Part shown: positions 1 through 9,851 of the stretch, one piece after another | How positions within the stretch are numbered: position 1 is the first letter of the stretch | How the letters are laid out: each line of letters begins with the position of its first letter | Sequence record: SRR31156797_4857 | Direction: 5' to 3' (one strand) | DNA length: 44,768 nt | The notes under the pieces: generated by a model | What the model was told of the DNA's origin: nothing | Database searches by the model: none | The model's input: the letters and a program-made list of their open reading frames with translations, nothing else | Program-made: the position numbers and the translations under genes

Positions 1-142
1 GCTTGAAAGTTGGATAATTGTTGTAATTATATCAGTTGGATGTGCTATTTAGGTGTGAAACTGGTGACACATCCTCAATTATCCCCGCGCCATCCATTGC
101 TGCAGAGATTGTTACTGGTAAAGCTTTGAAAACGACCGGTTA

Positions 143-844
143 CTATGCCTCACCATCCGCTGGAGAGGTATATTCAGATTGCTGGGTGGTTTTGTCGTAC
201 GCACCGTGTATCTCATCAAAATTGTAGTTACCGGCACTGGTTTCAAGTTTTGTGGTACCGTCTTCCATATTTACCCCGATAACTTCTGAACGGACGAGAG
301 ACGTCGCCGTACCACCACCTGTAGTCTGGATATCGATGGTGTAGCTGCCAGAAGAAAGAAATTCGCCTTGTCCGTTTTTACCATCCCAGGTAAAGGTGTG
401 ATTGCCTTTGTCAAGATCGGTAAGTTCAATGGTATCTACGGTTGTCCCAGATGAATCCTCTATACGGAGCGTCCCTTCTGTAACAGTATCTTCAATCCTG
501 TACCCAATTTCAACCGGTTGCTGGTCAAGTCTGAAGGTGTCTCCTGAAACAAGTACCTCCTTGCCTATCAGGGAAAGGGCAGAAATGCGTTGTGAGTTGC
601 TTTGGGCCAATGTCATTTGTTCCATGGCCGAGTTCAGGTTGAACAGTTGTTCCAGTTGACTGTATTGAGCCAGCTGGGCGGTAAATTCTGTTGCATCTGT
701 GGGGTTAAGGGGATCCTGGTTTTCTAGCTGAGCAACCAGCAGTGTCAAGAAATCTTCCTGACCTAGGGAATTCTTTTCAGTTGTACTCTTCCCGCTTGCT
801 GCTGAGGATATATTTTGTTGGGTAATCGATCCGATATCGGCCAT
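143..844 (-). CDS. flgD: Flagellar hook capping protein FlgD
   Basis: LGQEDFLTLLVAQLENQDPLNP...FTAQLAQYSQLEQ signature and FTWDG FlgD_ig motif; follows fliK. Confidence 0.95.
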   Translation of the reverse strand: MADIGSITQQNISSAASGKSTTEKNSLGQEDFLTLLVAQLENQDPLNPTDATEFTAQLAQYSQLEQLFNLNSAMEQMTLAQSNSQRISALSLIGKEVLVSGDTFRLDQQPVEIGYRIEDTVTEGTLRIEDSSGTTVDTIELTDLDKGNHTFTWDGKNGQGEFLSSGSYTIDIQTTGGGTATSLVRSEVIGVNMEDGTTKLETSAGNYNFDEIHGAYDKTTQQSEYTSPADGEA

Positions 845-859
845 GGTGTTTCTCCTCTT

Positions 860-2428
860 TTATACCGTAACGCTTAAACCCTGTTTACTGTCATTTGCAA
901 AGCTGGATTCTTCGCCTGCAATGGGGGGGAACTCAGTGGTTTGGATGTTACCCTGCCTGTAACTTTTGCCCAATTGGTGCCGGGCATTATTTTGCTGAAA
1001 ATGGTTTCCATCATGTTGGTCGCCCGCTGCTACGGTAATTTCTACCTCACCGAGGTGCAGACCTTGTTGTTCCAGGGTTTCCCGAAGTCGTGGTAAATGG
1101 CGATCCAGCGCTTCCTGAGCCTGTGGGTTTTGTGCTGTTATATGCGCCTTGACATTATCTTGTTTCACCTCTATCTCCATTCTTAGTTCGCCCAATTCCT
1201 GTGGGTGCAATTGGAGGCGGATAGAACCTGACTCAAGTTTTTTGGCACTAGAAAAATGATTAATAACCTGGTCAACCACTGCACTTTCTTGAAAAGTTGT
1301 ACCGGAGGGCAGTTTCATGAGACCAGATCCAGGAGTCGTTGCGGTTGAGGTAGGTGTTGAAACAGTGGGAACCACGCTATCAAGGGTAAAAGTTACAGGA
1401 GAGGTCTCCCTACTGAGGCGAGGTTCTGTTCCATGTTCGCTTGCAGTGGACAAGCTTTTAGGATCAGGCTGTTGTTCTCCACCGTTTTTAGTCTGTTGGT
1501 CGCCTTCTGCTCCCAGGGCAGCTTTGACTGAATTGTTGGGCAGGTTGGAATGAATATAATTACTATTGGAGTCCTGCCGCTGGCCACTTTGGTCGACAGT
1601 TGCTGGTCGGGTAGTCAGTGGAGTTGCTGCGGCCATCTCTTCGTTGTCACTGGATTGGTAAATAGTTATGGTTTGGCCACTTTCAGTTTTTATAACATTT
1701 TCACCCATGGGTGTTGGTGAGGCAGCAACTGTATTGTCAGGGCTCACAGGCTGTGCTTGAATCGGCTTGTAGGTTGCACTCCATTGCTCTACGATCACTG
1801 AAGGAGAACCTTCGTTACCTGTGGTCAGTTGGATCGTTCCTGGAATCGCGCTTTTTGTACCCTGTTGTATAGGTTGAGGGGCACTTGCAGCTGGCTCGGC
1901 CGGTGTGACAATTTCTGTAAGTGTTGTCAATTGCTGCTGGAGGGCGGAAGGCTTTTTTTGCTGACCAATTATTTCTGTAGGGGTAGGGACGACACCTTTC
2001 ACAGTTACAATGCTCGGTGAACTGGATTCGGCATTACCTGTAAGTAGTTGGGGGGTGGTTTGTTTATCCGATAGTTTATCAAACAGTGCCATCAATGGAG
2101 ATGCGGATTGTTTTTTTTCATCAGCTCCATTCACCTGTTGTGACTGTTGGGCTTCCAGTATTAGGTTGACTGTGCTGGCGACGTTGTTCTGAACGATACG
2201 AAATTGCGACTCAACCTTTTCTGCTATCTGGTTCAGTTGGATTGAGTTCTCTGGCATCTCTCTTCCGTATAAAAGGGCAGACTCACTGTCGCCTGCAGTC
2301 TCTCGTGACGTTTCTTTGGAAAGGTGGCTTGAAAAACTTTCCTCTCCGACAGGAGGCGAACCTGTTTGCTGGCTGCCAGATGGTGCCGGTGCAAGAAAAT
2401 CACCTGTTGTTGAAGGAAGGGGATGCAT
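860..2428 (-). CDS. fliK: Flagellar hook-length control protein FliK
   Basis: Long S/T/P/Q-rich low-complexity region then C-terminal IRLQLHPQELGELRMEI...LPRLRETLEQQGL domain; upstream of flgD. Confidence 0.9.
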   Translation of the reverse strand: MHPLPSTTGDFLAPAPSGSQQTGSPPVGEESFSSHLSKETSRETAGDSESALLYGREMPENSIQLNQIAEKVESQFRIVQNNVASTVNLILEAQQSQQVNGADEKKQSASPLMALFDKLSDKQTTPQLLTGNAESSSPSIVTVKGVVPTPTEIIGQQKKPSALQQQLTTLTEIVTPAEPAASAPQPIQQGTKSAIPGTIQLTTGNEGSPSVIVEQWSATYKPIQAQPVSPDNTVAASPTPMGENVIKTESGQTITIYQSSDNEEMAAATPLTTRPATVDQSGQRQDSNSNYIHSNLPNNSVKAALGAEGDQQTKNGGEQQPDPKSLSTASEHGTEPRLSRETSPVTFTLDSVVPTVSTPTSTATTPGSGLMKLPSGTTFQESAVVDQVINHFSSAKKLESGSIRLQLHPQELGELRMEIEVKQDNVKAHITAQNPQAQEALDRHLPRLRETLEQQGLHLGEVEITVAAGDQHDGNHFQQNNARHQLGKSYRQGNIQTTEFPPIAGEESSFANDSKQGLSVTV

Positions 2429-2433
2429 GGTTC

Positions 2434-2958
2434 CTAGGGGGTCTCCAGAGTTGAAAAAGCAGTCGTCAGGGCAGCCGCCTTATCACGATCCATGTTATTA
2501 AGGACTTTTGCTGCAGATTTCGTCTTCATTTTAGCTAGTATTGCAATTGCAAGATCTTGTCCCAGGGTGCCGAAAATTCGGGCGGCTTTGTCAGCGCCCA
2601 TTTTTTCGTACATTTTGCTTAATTCCTGGATTCTTTGCAGCTCCCGAGCATCCTTTTCGGCAAGCATTTTTTCAAGTTCAATTCGTTGCTGCTTCAGTTC
2701 TTCTAATTTCTTATCGACCTCTTCTTCTAATCTCTTTAGGGACTTTTTTTTCTTCGCAAGTTCTTCTCTTTCATTTTTCAGGTTAGTCCGTTCTTCTTGG
2801 AGTGCTACCAGTAATCTCCTTTCTTCAACAGACCTGTAGCTATCTCTATTTTCCCCAGATGGCTGCTCTTCCTGGTCTGCTCCAGTTTCGGTTGAAGCAA
2901 TTCCGGTAAAGAAGAGGGTACATAACGAGCAAAGAATTATAAGTCGAATTATTTTCAT
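2434..2958 (-). CDS. MotE/FlbB-like flagellar protein (signal/TM, coiled coil, MgtE_N-like domain)
   Basis: Hydrophobic N-terminus, coiled coil, LSKMYEKMGADKAARIF...ILAKMKTKSAAKVLNNMD repeat pattern; between fliJ and fliK. Confidence 0.8.
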   Translation of the reverse strand: MKIIRLIILCSLCTLFFTGIASTETGADQEEQPSGENRDSYRSVEERRLLVALQEERTNLKNEREELAKKKKSLKRLEEEVDKKLEELKQQRIELEKMLAEKDARELQRIQELSKMYEKMGADKAARIFGTLGQDLAIAILAKMKTKSAAKVLNNMDRDKAAALTTAFSTLETP

Positions 2959-2980
2959 ATTTCAGTTCCCTGCGACCATG

Positions 2981-3412
2981 TCATTTTTTGTGAAACAGGA
3001 CAGCCAGCTCATCGAGCATGACGAGTTCTTTTTTATTGAGATGCTGCCTGTAGGCCGTGTTTTGTTTTTCTTTCATTTTTTCGATTACTTTTCTGTCCTG
3101 ACTGGTTTTAAGAAGGGCTTTTCTTTTGTTTGCTACCTCTATCCTGGCTTTTTCAGCACCTTCCCGGGCCGTTGCGACCAGTTCCTTGACAAAAGGAATT
3201 CGATTTTCCAGCATAATCAGTCGAGGGGCGGTTGTTCCCTGTTCTTTCTCTTTCTGCAGGCTGAAATACAGATGGTCAAGGTCTTGTTGTTGCTTGATGA
3301 GATCGGCCTGTGCCGTAGCCTCTTCTTCAAGTGCTGTAAAGAGATTTTGCCTGGCAGTGTCCTCAAGCTGTTTGCGAAACTTGATAACGGCATCTAGTTT
3401 AAAGGGCTGCAT
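2981..3412 (-). CDS. fliJ: Flagellar export protein FliJ
   Basis: PFKLDAVIKFR N-terminus, coiled coil, LDE near C-terminus, 143 aa, directly after fliI. Confidence 0.9.
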   Translation of the reverse strand: MQPFKLDAVIKFRKQLEDTARQNLFTALEEEATAQADLIKQQQDLDHLYFSLQKEKEQGTTAPRLIMLENRIPFVKELVATAREGAEKARIEVANKRKALLKTSQDRKVIEKMKEKQNTAYRQHLNKKELVMLDELAVLFHKK

Positions 3413-3468
3413 ACGTTATTGGTAACAGTTCTGCGTTATTCTGGAGATGCTGGGTATTATTAAGGTAA

Positions 3469-4842
3469 CTATCCAGCAGTATTTCTTCTTCTGTCTTTGG
3501 CTCTGCGTCCGGGGCGTCGTCGGTCTTTTCCCTCACGTTCACTGACCAGGGATCCCATGCCGGCAATGGAGTCTTCAAGAGGAGAGGACTCGTTTAACCC
3601 TTGGGTAAGGAACTGATTGATGCCATCAATACGAGAAATGGCATAATCTATTTTTGGATTACTCCCAGCCGCATAGGCCCCTATATTTATCAAATCCTCT
3701 GACTCTCTGTACGTCGCCATCACGTTTCTTGTTTTTCCTGCCAATTCCATGTGTCTGGGGCTTACGATGTCTCTCATTACCCTGCTGGTTGACATCATGA
3801 CGTCAATTGCTGGATAATGATTTTTAGCGGCAATGCTTCGTGAAAGTACAATGTGACCATCAAGGATGGATCGCACAGCATCTGCTACCGGTTCTGTCAG
3901 GTCGTCACCATCTACAAGAACTGTGTAAAGCCCGGTTATTGAGCCTTGATCTTTAAATTTTCCAGCTCGTTCCAGTAGCTTTGGGAGGGTGGCAAAAACT
4001 GAAGGTGTATACCCTTTGGTGGTGGGGGGCTCTCCGATTGATAAGCCAATTTCCCTCATTGCCATTGCAAAGCGGGTCACGGAGTCCATCATCAACAGAA
4101 CATTTTTTCCTTGTTTGCAGAAGAATTCGGCAATGGCAGTGGCAAGGTAGGCCCCTCGCATCCTGAGAAGCGGTGAGTGGTCAGAGGTAACTGCAATAAT
4201 TACAGACCTGCTAAGCCCCTCTTTACCGAGATCGCGTTCAATGAATTCGCGAACTTCCCTGCCCCTTTCGCCAATAAGGGCAATGATATTTACATCAGCC
4301 TGGGCATATTTTGCCATCATACCTAGAAGAACACTTTTTCCAACACCGGAGCCTGCCATGATGCCCATTCGTTGGCCGATTCCGCAGGTGAGCATACCAT
4401 TTATGGCCCGAATACCTAAATCCAACGGTTGATTAATGGTATCACGCATCATAGGGCCGGGAGGCAAAGCGTACAGTGGTTGTTCGTGCGGCAGGTGTAA
4501 AGGCGGACCGTCGTCAACCGGGGTTTCCATTCCATCGATAACTCGGCCAAGCAGGTCATTGCCAACTCTGACCGTGGCCTGTTCTTTTTTTACCCTAATC
4601 AGGCATCCTGGCCTTAGTCCTCTAAGTTCGCCTAAAGCCATCAGTTGGGCTCGGTCATTGTTGTAGCCGACAATCTCTGCAGCAACCGGTGCTCCTCCCT
4701 GCATGGGTAAAATTTCGCAAAGGGATCCAATGGAAGAGTGCGGACATGAGCCTTCTACGACCAAGCCGACTATACGTTGTACTTTACCGTACACTTTAAT
4801 TGGTGAAAACCTGTCAATCAAGGTGCTGTTTGGAAAAGGCAT
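3469..4842 (-). CDS. fliI: Flagellar export ATPase FliI
   Basis: Walker A AGSGVGKS, ALIGERGREV, LLMMDSVTRFAMAMREIGL, ILDGHIVLSR. Confidence 0.97.
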   Translation of the reverse strand: MPFPNSTLIDRFSPIKVYGKVQRIVGLVVEGSCPHSSIGSLCEILPMQGGAPVAAEIVGYNNDRAQLMALGELRGLRPGCLIRVKKEQATVRVGNDLLGRVIDGMETPVDDGPPLHLPHEQPLYALPPGPMMRDTINQPLDLGIRAINGMLTCGIGQRMGIMAGSGVGKSVLLGMMAKYAQADVNIIALIGERGREVREFIERDLGKEGLSRSVIIAVTSDHSPLLRMRGAYLATAIAEFFCKQGKNVLLMMDSVTRFAMAMREIGLSIGEPPTTKGYTPSVFATLPKLLERAGKFKDQGSITGLYTVLVDGDDLTEPVADAVRSILDGHIVLSRSIAAKNHYPAIDVMMSTSRVMRDIVSPRHMELAGKTRNVMATYRESEDLINIGAYAAGSNPKIDYAISRIDGINQFLTQGLNESSPLEDSIAGMGSLVSEREGKDRRRPGRRAKDRRRNTAG

Positions 4843-4936
4843 TGCCTGGTTTGTCTCCTTATCAGGGTGGGGGGCGCTGCTACCCCTTATTATTGAATAG
4901 GGGGTGATTATAGAGAATTTACAAGAGTTGTATCAG

Positions 4937-5722
4937 TCAGGGAGGCTCTGTTTGCTCGACTGATGGTGGAGCAGGGGCATCTCCACTTTTACCAAAGGAT
5001 AAGGTGTTTTCCTCAAGAAATTCCTGTGCGCTTTCAAGTTGGGCTGCAATAGTGGCATCTACTGAACAGGTTTTCGATTCGACAAGACAGCCGCCGGGAG
5101 AGACCCCCTGATCGGTTTGGATGATGATGTTTTTCAGGCTGCGGATTTTGGTCATCAGTTCAGCTTTGGCATTTTCAACGGCATTCAGGTCGTCAGGGTG
5201 AATGGTGACTATAAATTCATCACTGGCAATGGCTTGTTGAAGAGCGCTTTCCAGTGTCTTTGCAATAACATCCCTGTTGGTTACAAGTTCTTGGCCAATG
5301 ACTTTTTGGGAGAGACCAATAACGGTATTGATGATATCGCTGCGGTACCGGTCGAGCATGGAATGGTGCAGTGTGTCGATTTTTTGACAAGCCATGCTGA
5401 AGGCATTAATAGCAGTTTCTATTCTCAGCTGCTGGCTGGCCGTGCAATCAGCGACCCCCTGATCATAGGCACTTTGTTGAAGTGCCTGGATATCCACTTC
5501 AGGTTCAGGGGGGGGAGGAGGCGGCTGTTCAGGCTCGGTAGCGGGCTCTGGTTGAGGCAGCGGCGTCTGTTCCTCCTCCATAGACGGGTGGACGGTTTCG
5601 TGATGAATTTCAGGAGGTATTTCTGTTTCCTCAGGGTGCGGTATTTGTTCAATGATTACTTCCTGAACAAGAGGGGTCGGCACAAAGGATGGGTCCTCCT
5701 TGAAAATCTTAGACGAGCTCAT
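4937..5722 (-). CDS. fliH: Flagellar assembly protein FliH
   Basis: Pro/Glu-rich N-terminus, AYDQG, C-terminal IHPDD...GGCLVES..SVDATI; start placed at ATG 5722 (MSSSKIF) behind GGAG, overlapping the fliG stop. Confidence 0.9.
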   Translation of the reverse strand: MSSSKIFKEDPSFVPTPLVQEVIIEQIPHPEETEIPPEIHHETVHPSMEEEQTPLPQPEPATEPEQPPPPPPEPEVDIQALQQSAYDQGVADCTASQQLRIETAINAFSMACQKIDTLHHSMLDRYRSDIINTVIGLSQKVIGQELVTNRDVIAKTLESALQQAIASDEFIVTIHPDDLNAVENAKAELMTKIRSLKNIIIQTDQGVSPGGCLVESKTCSVDATIAAQLESAQEFLEENTLSFGKSGDAPAPPSVEQTEPP

Positions 5723-6722
5723 CTCCGCCTCCTCTACCAAGGACTAGTTTACCTTCCTCTTCTAGCTTCAGAGCTATCTTGACGATTGTCTGCTGCATGG
5801 CTTCAACCTCTGAGAGCCGGACAGGCCCAAGTGCATCCAGATCGTCTTTAATCATGTCTGCAGCACGGGCGGACATGTTGGAAAAGATTTTATCTTTGAT
5901 TTCATCGGAAGCAGTCTTCAGAGCCAGTGTCAGTGAGTCGTTGTTCACTTCTCTGAGGATCATTTGCATGGAGCGGCCATCGAGTACACCGAGATCTTCA
6001 AAGGTAAACATCAGTTTTCTGATGTCTTCCACCATGTCTGGGTCGACCTCTTCCAGATTATCTAGAATATCGCTATCCATGTTGTCGGTCAAGTTGTCCA
6101 GTATCTCAACAACCTTGGGGATGCCGCCTACCTGGCGTTGATCCTGTTGACTGACCACAACCCCGATTTCTTTATTGAGTGCATCTTCTATCTGGTTGAT
6201 AACATTTGGTGAAACGCTATCGAGGGTGGCAATGCGGTAGATGACATCTGCCCGCTTATCCTCGGGCAGGTTGGCAATGATGGCACTGGAGTGTTCTGGG
6301 GTCTGGGTTGAAAGCACCAATGCTACGGTCTGGGGGTGTTCTCTTTCCAGCAGTCCGGCAACCATTGGCGGCTGCATTTTTGAAATGGTTTCCAGCGGGC
6401 GCCCCTCGGTTCCTGAAACAAACTGGCGCATAAGATTGGAGACCCGGTCATGGTCACCGGCTCCGGCAATAGTTTTTTTGGCAAACTCCTGACCACGCAC
6501 AACGACACCAGCCTGGCTTTCCACAGCGAGTTCAAAATCTTCCAAAACCCGCTGTTTAACTTTTTGCGGAATATGTTCAACCGTAGCCATGTACCTGGAT
6601 ACTTTGAATATTTCTTCATCGGTAAGCTCACGCATGAGCTTTGCGGCCGTTTCTTCACCAAGGCACATCAGTAGGATTGCTGTCTTGCCAATACCATCAA
6701 GTTGTTTATCTGCTGCTGCCAT
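5709..6722 (-). CDS. fliG: Flagellar motor switch protein FliG
   Basis: KTAILLMCLG, EHPQTVALVL, GG linker, LMFTFEDL, NMSARAA, GPVRLSEVE. Confidence 0.97.
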   Translation of the reverse strand: MAAADKQLDGIGKTAILLMCLGEETAAKLMRELTDEEIFKVSRYMATVEHIPQKVKQRVLEDFELAVESQAGVVVRGQEFAKKTIAGAGDHDRVSNLMRQFVSGTEGRPLETISKMQPPMVAGLLEREHPQTVALVLSTQTPEHSSAIIANLPEDKRADVIYRIATLDSVSPNVINQIEDALNKEIGVVVSQQDQRQVGGIPKVVEILDNLTDNMDSDILDNLEEVDPDMVEDIRKLMFTFEDLGVLDGRSMQMILREVNNDSLTLALKTASDEIKDKIFSNMSARAADMIKDDLDALGPVRLSEVEAMQQTIVKIALKLEEEGKLVLGRGGGDELV

Positions 6723-6967
6723 ACATTCTCAGGGTGAAGTTCATGTTATATATAGATGGCGTCTTAAAAAGTTAAGCTTACGGCATCGTGACATTCTTTA
6801 TTGCACTGTACATACAGTGCCTTCGTACCATAAAAAACACATCTCCACCTGTGTTTTAAATGAGCCATTCTAGAGTAAGTGGTGGACTTGTGAAAAATCC
6901 AACAAAAAATGAGAAAGTCGATAGGGTTAGGGGCTGATTATTGTCTTGGACAAGTCGCAGCTTAAAA

Positions 6968-8566
6968 TCAAGAGCCTTCCATCCAGTTTTTGAGAATATG
7001 AGCACTAAAGACAGGGTTAGCATCAACACTTTTACGAATACGCATAACCGGATCCTTCATTACTAAATCATCCATTTCTTGTTGTTCAGTTTCTTTTTTG
7101 ACCTGTGCCGTTTCCGCCTCCATCTCTTCTACAGTTTTATTGTGTTGAGTGACTTCACCCTTCAGGGTTTTGATTATCGGTCGCACCAGCAGAAAGTAAA
7201 CCAGCAGTCCGCCGATGAGCAGCAGACCATAGCGGACAAAAGGCATGTACTGGTAGAGATCAGCCGACGCAATCCCTTCTGTACCATCTATTTTTGGTGG
7301 ATCGGTAAAGGCCATGGAGGTGACTTCTATTTTATCTCCTCTTGCTTTGTCCAAACCAAGTGCAGAAGCGATCATTTTTTCCAGGGCCAGCAGATCTTTT
7401 TCTGTCCGCGGCTCTGATTGTTCAGGTGTGTCTTCTGTAGCAGGAATTATTTTGTCCGCTACCAGCACCGCAACAGATATTTTCTTTACCGTTCCCACCG
7501 GATTGATGGTTTTGGAGACAACTTTACTGATTTCGTAATTAGTTGTTTTCTGAGATCGTGACGATGGAGGCGTAGCCCCTGCAGTCGGGTTGGTGTTGCC
7601 TTGCAGGTTCGACTGCACTCCGGGGATGCCGCCAACAATTTCAGAACCAGATTTTTCTTCGTTAACCTGTTCGCTGCGGATAACAGGCTCTTCTGAATCA
7701 AACAACTCCTCGGTTTTTTCTGTATGAGCGAAATCCAGCGATGCTGTGACTCTGACCATACCATTTTTAGGGCCAAGTGCTTTGTCAAGAAGGGCCTGCG
7801 CTCTTTCCTCCAAGTGCTGTTCCACTTGGAGTTGAAACTGGAGCATGTCCGGCGAGAGGTTGCCGACCATATTATGATTGCCGGTTTTGGTCAACACATT
7901 GCCGTTTTGGTCGATGACGGTAACGTTGTCTTGGCTTAACCCCTCAATAGCACTGGATACAAGGTGAGTCACTCCTTCAACCTGGGGTTCTCCTAGCCTT
8001 CTTCCTGATACAAGGGTCAAGGTCACTGAAGCCGTAGCAGGTTGTTGTTGATTTTTAAAAAGTCGTTTTTCTGGAAGCACCAAATGGACACGAGCTGTCT
8101 CAACCGGGCCAAGGGAAGTGATTGTACGCGCAAGTTCTCCCTGCAATGCTCTGGAGTAATTTACCTTTTGGACAAAGTCAGTCAGGGCGAAGGATTGTTT
8201 GTCAAAAATCTCAAACCCTACTCCGCCACCCTGTGGAAGGCCTGCAGAGGCAAGGCCTAATCGCGTTTGATGTACATTGGTACTGGGAATGAGTATGTTG
8301 CGTCCATTGTTGCCTAGCTGATAGGGAACGTTTTGCGCAGTCAGCCATTCCACCATGGCTGCGGCATCACGATTGTCAAGGTTGCCGTAGAGGAGTTGGT
8401 AGTCCGCCGTTCTTGCCTGGATGATTATAACCGCAAACAGGGCCAAGGTCACGACACCTGCCGCTGCCAGAGCAATCTTTCGTGATAATGGCCATCCCTT
8501 GAGACTGGAGACAAGAACTTGCCATCCATTTTCAGGTGTTGCCGGACTAGTGCTTTCTTCTGCCAT
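6968..8566 (-). CDS. fliF: Flagellar MS-ring protein FliF
   Basis: Two TM helices, GVGFEIFDKQSFALTDF..NYSRALQGELARTI, ARVHLVLP, ASVTL. Confidence 0.97.
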   Translation of the reverse strand: MAEESTSPATPENGWQVLVSSLKGWPLSRKIALAAAGVVTLALFAVIIIQARTADYQLLYGNLDNRDAAAMVEWLTAQNVPYQLGNNGRNILIPSTNVHQTRLGLASAGLPQGGGVGFEIFDKQSFALTDFVQKVNYSRALQGELARTITSLGPVETARVHLVLPEKRLFKNQQQPATASVTLTLVSGRRLGEPQVEGVTHLVSSAIEGLSQDNVTVIDQNGNVLTKTGNHNMVGNLSPDMLQFQLQVEQHLEERAQALLDKALGPKNGMVRVTASLDFAHTEKTEELFDSEEPVIRSEQVNEEKSGSEIVGGIPGVQSNLQGNTNPTAGATPPSSRSQKTTNYEISKVVSKTINPVGTVKKISVAVLVADKIIPATEDTPEQSEPRTEKDLLALEKMIASALGLDKARGDKIEVTSMAFTDPPKIDGTEGIASADLYQYMPFVRYGLLLIGGLLVYFLLVRPIIKTLKGEVTQHNKTVEEMEAETAQVKKETEQQEMDDLVMKDPVMRIRKSVDANPVFSAHILKNWMEGS

Positions 8567-8646
8567 ACAACTTCCTTAGCGTTTTATCGGGTTTGTTTTA
8601 AGGTTGGTGAAAAGTACTGCGCTGCCATCTTAAAAATAGACTTTGC

Positions 8647-8943
8647 TTATACCTGCAGTCTTGATATTTCCTGGTATGCTTCAAGGGCCTTGTTTCTTAC
8701 CTGAACCATGTATCGAAGAGCAATGTCAGCCTGTTCCATGGAAATCATTGCTTCATGAAGGTTTTTTTCTCCTCCTGTATGCAATTGCTGGATTGCCCTG
8801 TCGGCTTGTTGCTCCTGGTTGTGGACATTAGAAACCATGTCACCGAGCATGTCTTGAAAAGAAGAAGTTGCCTCTGTGGTTTCAGACGTCTTCGTCTGTG
8901 CCGGGTTCAGGGCCAGCGGAGGCAGATTTTGAATGGGCAGCAT
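8647..8943 (-). CDS. fliE: Flagellar hook-basal body protein FliE
   Basis: LHEAMISMEQA...QVRNKALEAYQEISRLQV. Confidence 0.95.
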   Translation of the reverse strand: MLPIQNLPPLALNPAQTKTSETTEATSSFQDMLGDMVSNVHNQEQQADRAIQQLHTGGEKNLHEAMISMEQADIALRYMVQVRNKALEAYQEISRLQV

Positions 8944-8947
8944 AGAA

Positions 8948-9379
8948 TTATCCTCCTATTTCAAGGGCTTTCATTGCCATTCGCTTAGCAGACTTAATGA
9001 CCGTAGTGTTGGCCTCATAGGATCGCGTGGCAGACATCATGTCGACCATTTCTTTGAGTACGCTGACATTGGGCATGCCAACGTAACCGTCTTCGTTCGC
9101 ATCCGGGTGCGAAGGATTGTAAATCTGTTGCGGAGGTTCATTGTCTTCTATTATTTTAGCGATTTTCACACCCTCAGCGTGGTTGTTAAGGGATTGGCTG
9201 AGTTGATTTTTAAATGAAACCGGCTCTGATTGGAAAATCACCGATTTTTTCTTATATGGGCCTCCCTCTGGCGTGGAGGTGGTTTCCGCATTGGCCATAT
9301 TGGAACTGATGGTGTTAAGTCGTGTTCGCTGAGCTTTAAGACCGGAAGCTGCAATGTCAAAAGTGGTAAAAATATCCAT
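8948..9379 (-). CDS. flgC: Flagellar basal-body rod protein FlgC
   Basis: ISSNMANAETT, YNPSHPDA, MPNV...EMVDMMSATRSYEAN. Confidence 0.97.
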   Translation of the reverse strand: MDIFTTFDIAASGLKAQRTRLNTISSNMANAETTSTPEGGPYKKKSVIFQSEPVSFKNQLSQSLNNHAEGVKIAKIIEDNEPPQQIYNPSHPDANEDGYVGMPNVSVLKEMVDMMSATRSYEANTTVIKSAKRMAMKALEIGG

Positions 9380-9420
9380 GTATATTTCCTCGGGGGTATG
9401 TTTGGTTATGTCTATGCAAA

Positions 9421-9834
9421 TTACGATCCACCATTGATGGTGTATTTGAGTAGAGATAATTTTTTCTTGAGCATTGTAGCCGCTGTTTCGTAAAGGATTT
9501 GGTTTTCTGAGAGTTTCACCATCTCCTGATCCACACTGACGCTGTTTTCATCCCCAATTCCGGTGTTATCTGTTTTTGTAGTCAGTGTTCCCTCTATATG
9601 AGCCAGGCTTGAAGATTGAAGGGGGATATGATTTGGGTGAGTGGTTACAGGTCCACTATGTTTACCGGACATGGCATTGTTGAGTTGGTCTTCAAATTCC
9701 AGCGATTTAGCCGCGTAACCAGGTGTTTCTGCATTGGCGATGTTAGAGCCAATGATTTGTTGGTTTTTTGCTCTTAAATCCAATACCTTTTGCAACATTT
9801 GAGTAGTGGTGTCGAGCTGTTGTAGAAAGGGCAT
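9421..9834 (-). CDS. flgB: Flagellar basal-body rod protein FlgB
   Basis: NIANAETPGY, DENSVSVDQEM..L.ENQILY. Confidence 0.96.
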   Translation of the reverse strand: MPFLQQLDTTTQMLQKVLDLRAKNQQIIGSNIANAETPGYAAKSLEFEDQLNNAMSGKHSGPVTTHPNHIPLQSSSLAHIEGTLTTKTDNTGIGDENSVSVDQEMVKLSENQILYETAATMLKKKLSLLKYTINGGS

Positions 9835-9851
9835 GAATCGTCTCCCTGGGG

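Noticed and set aside
3420-3434. Plus-strand TGGTAACAGTTCTGC (GG-N10-GC) sigma54-like site
   Set aside because: Points antisense into fliI with no supported plus-strand gene; likely chance
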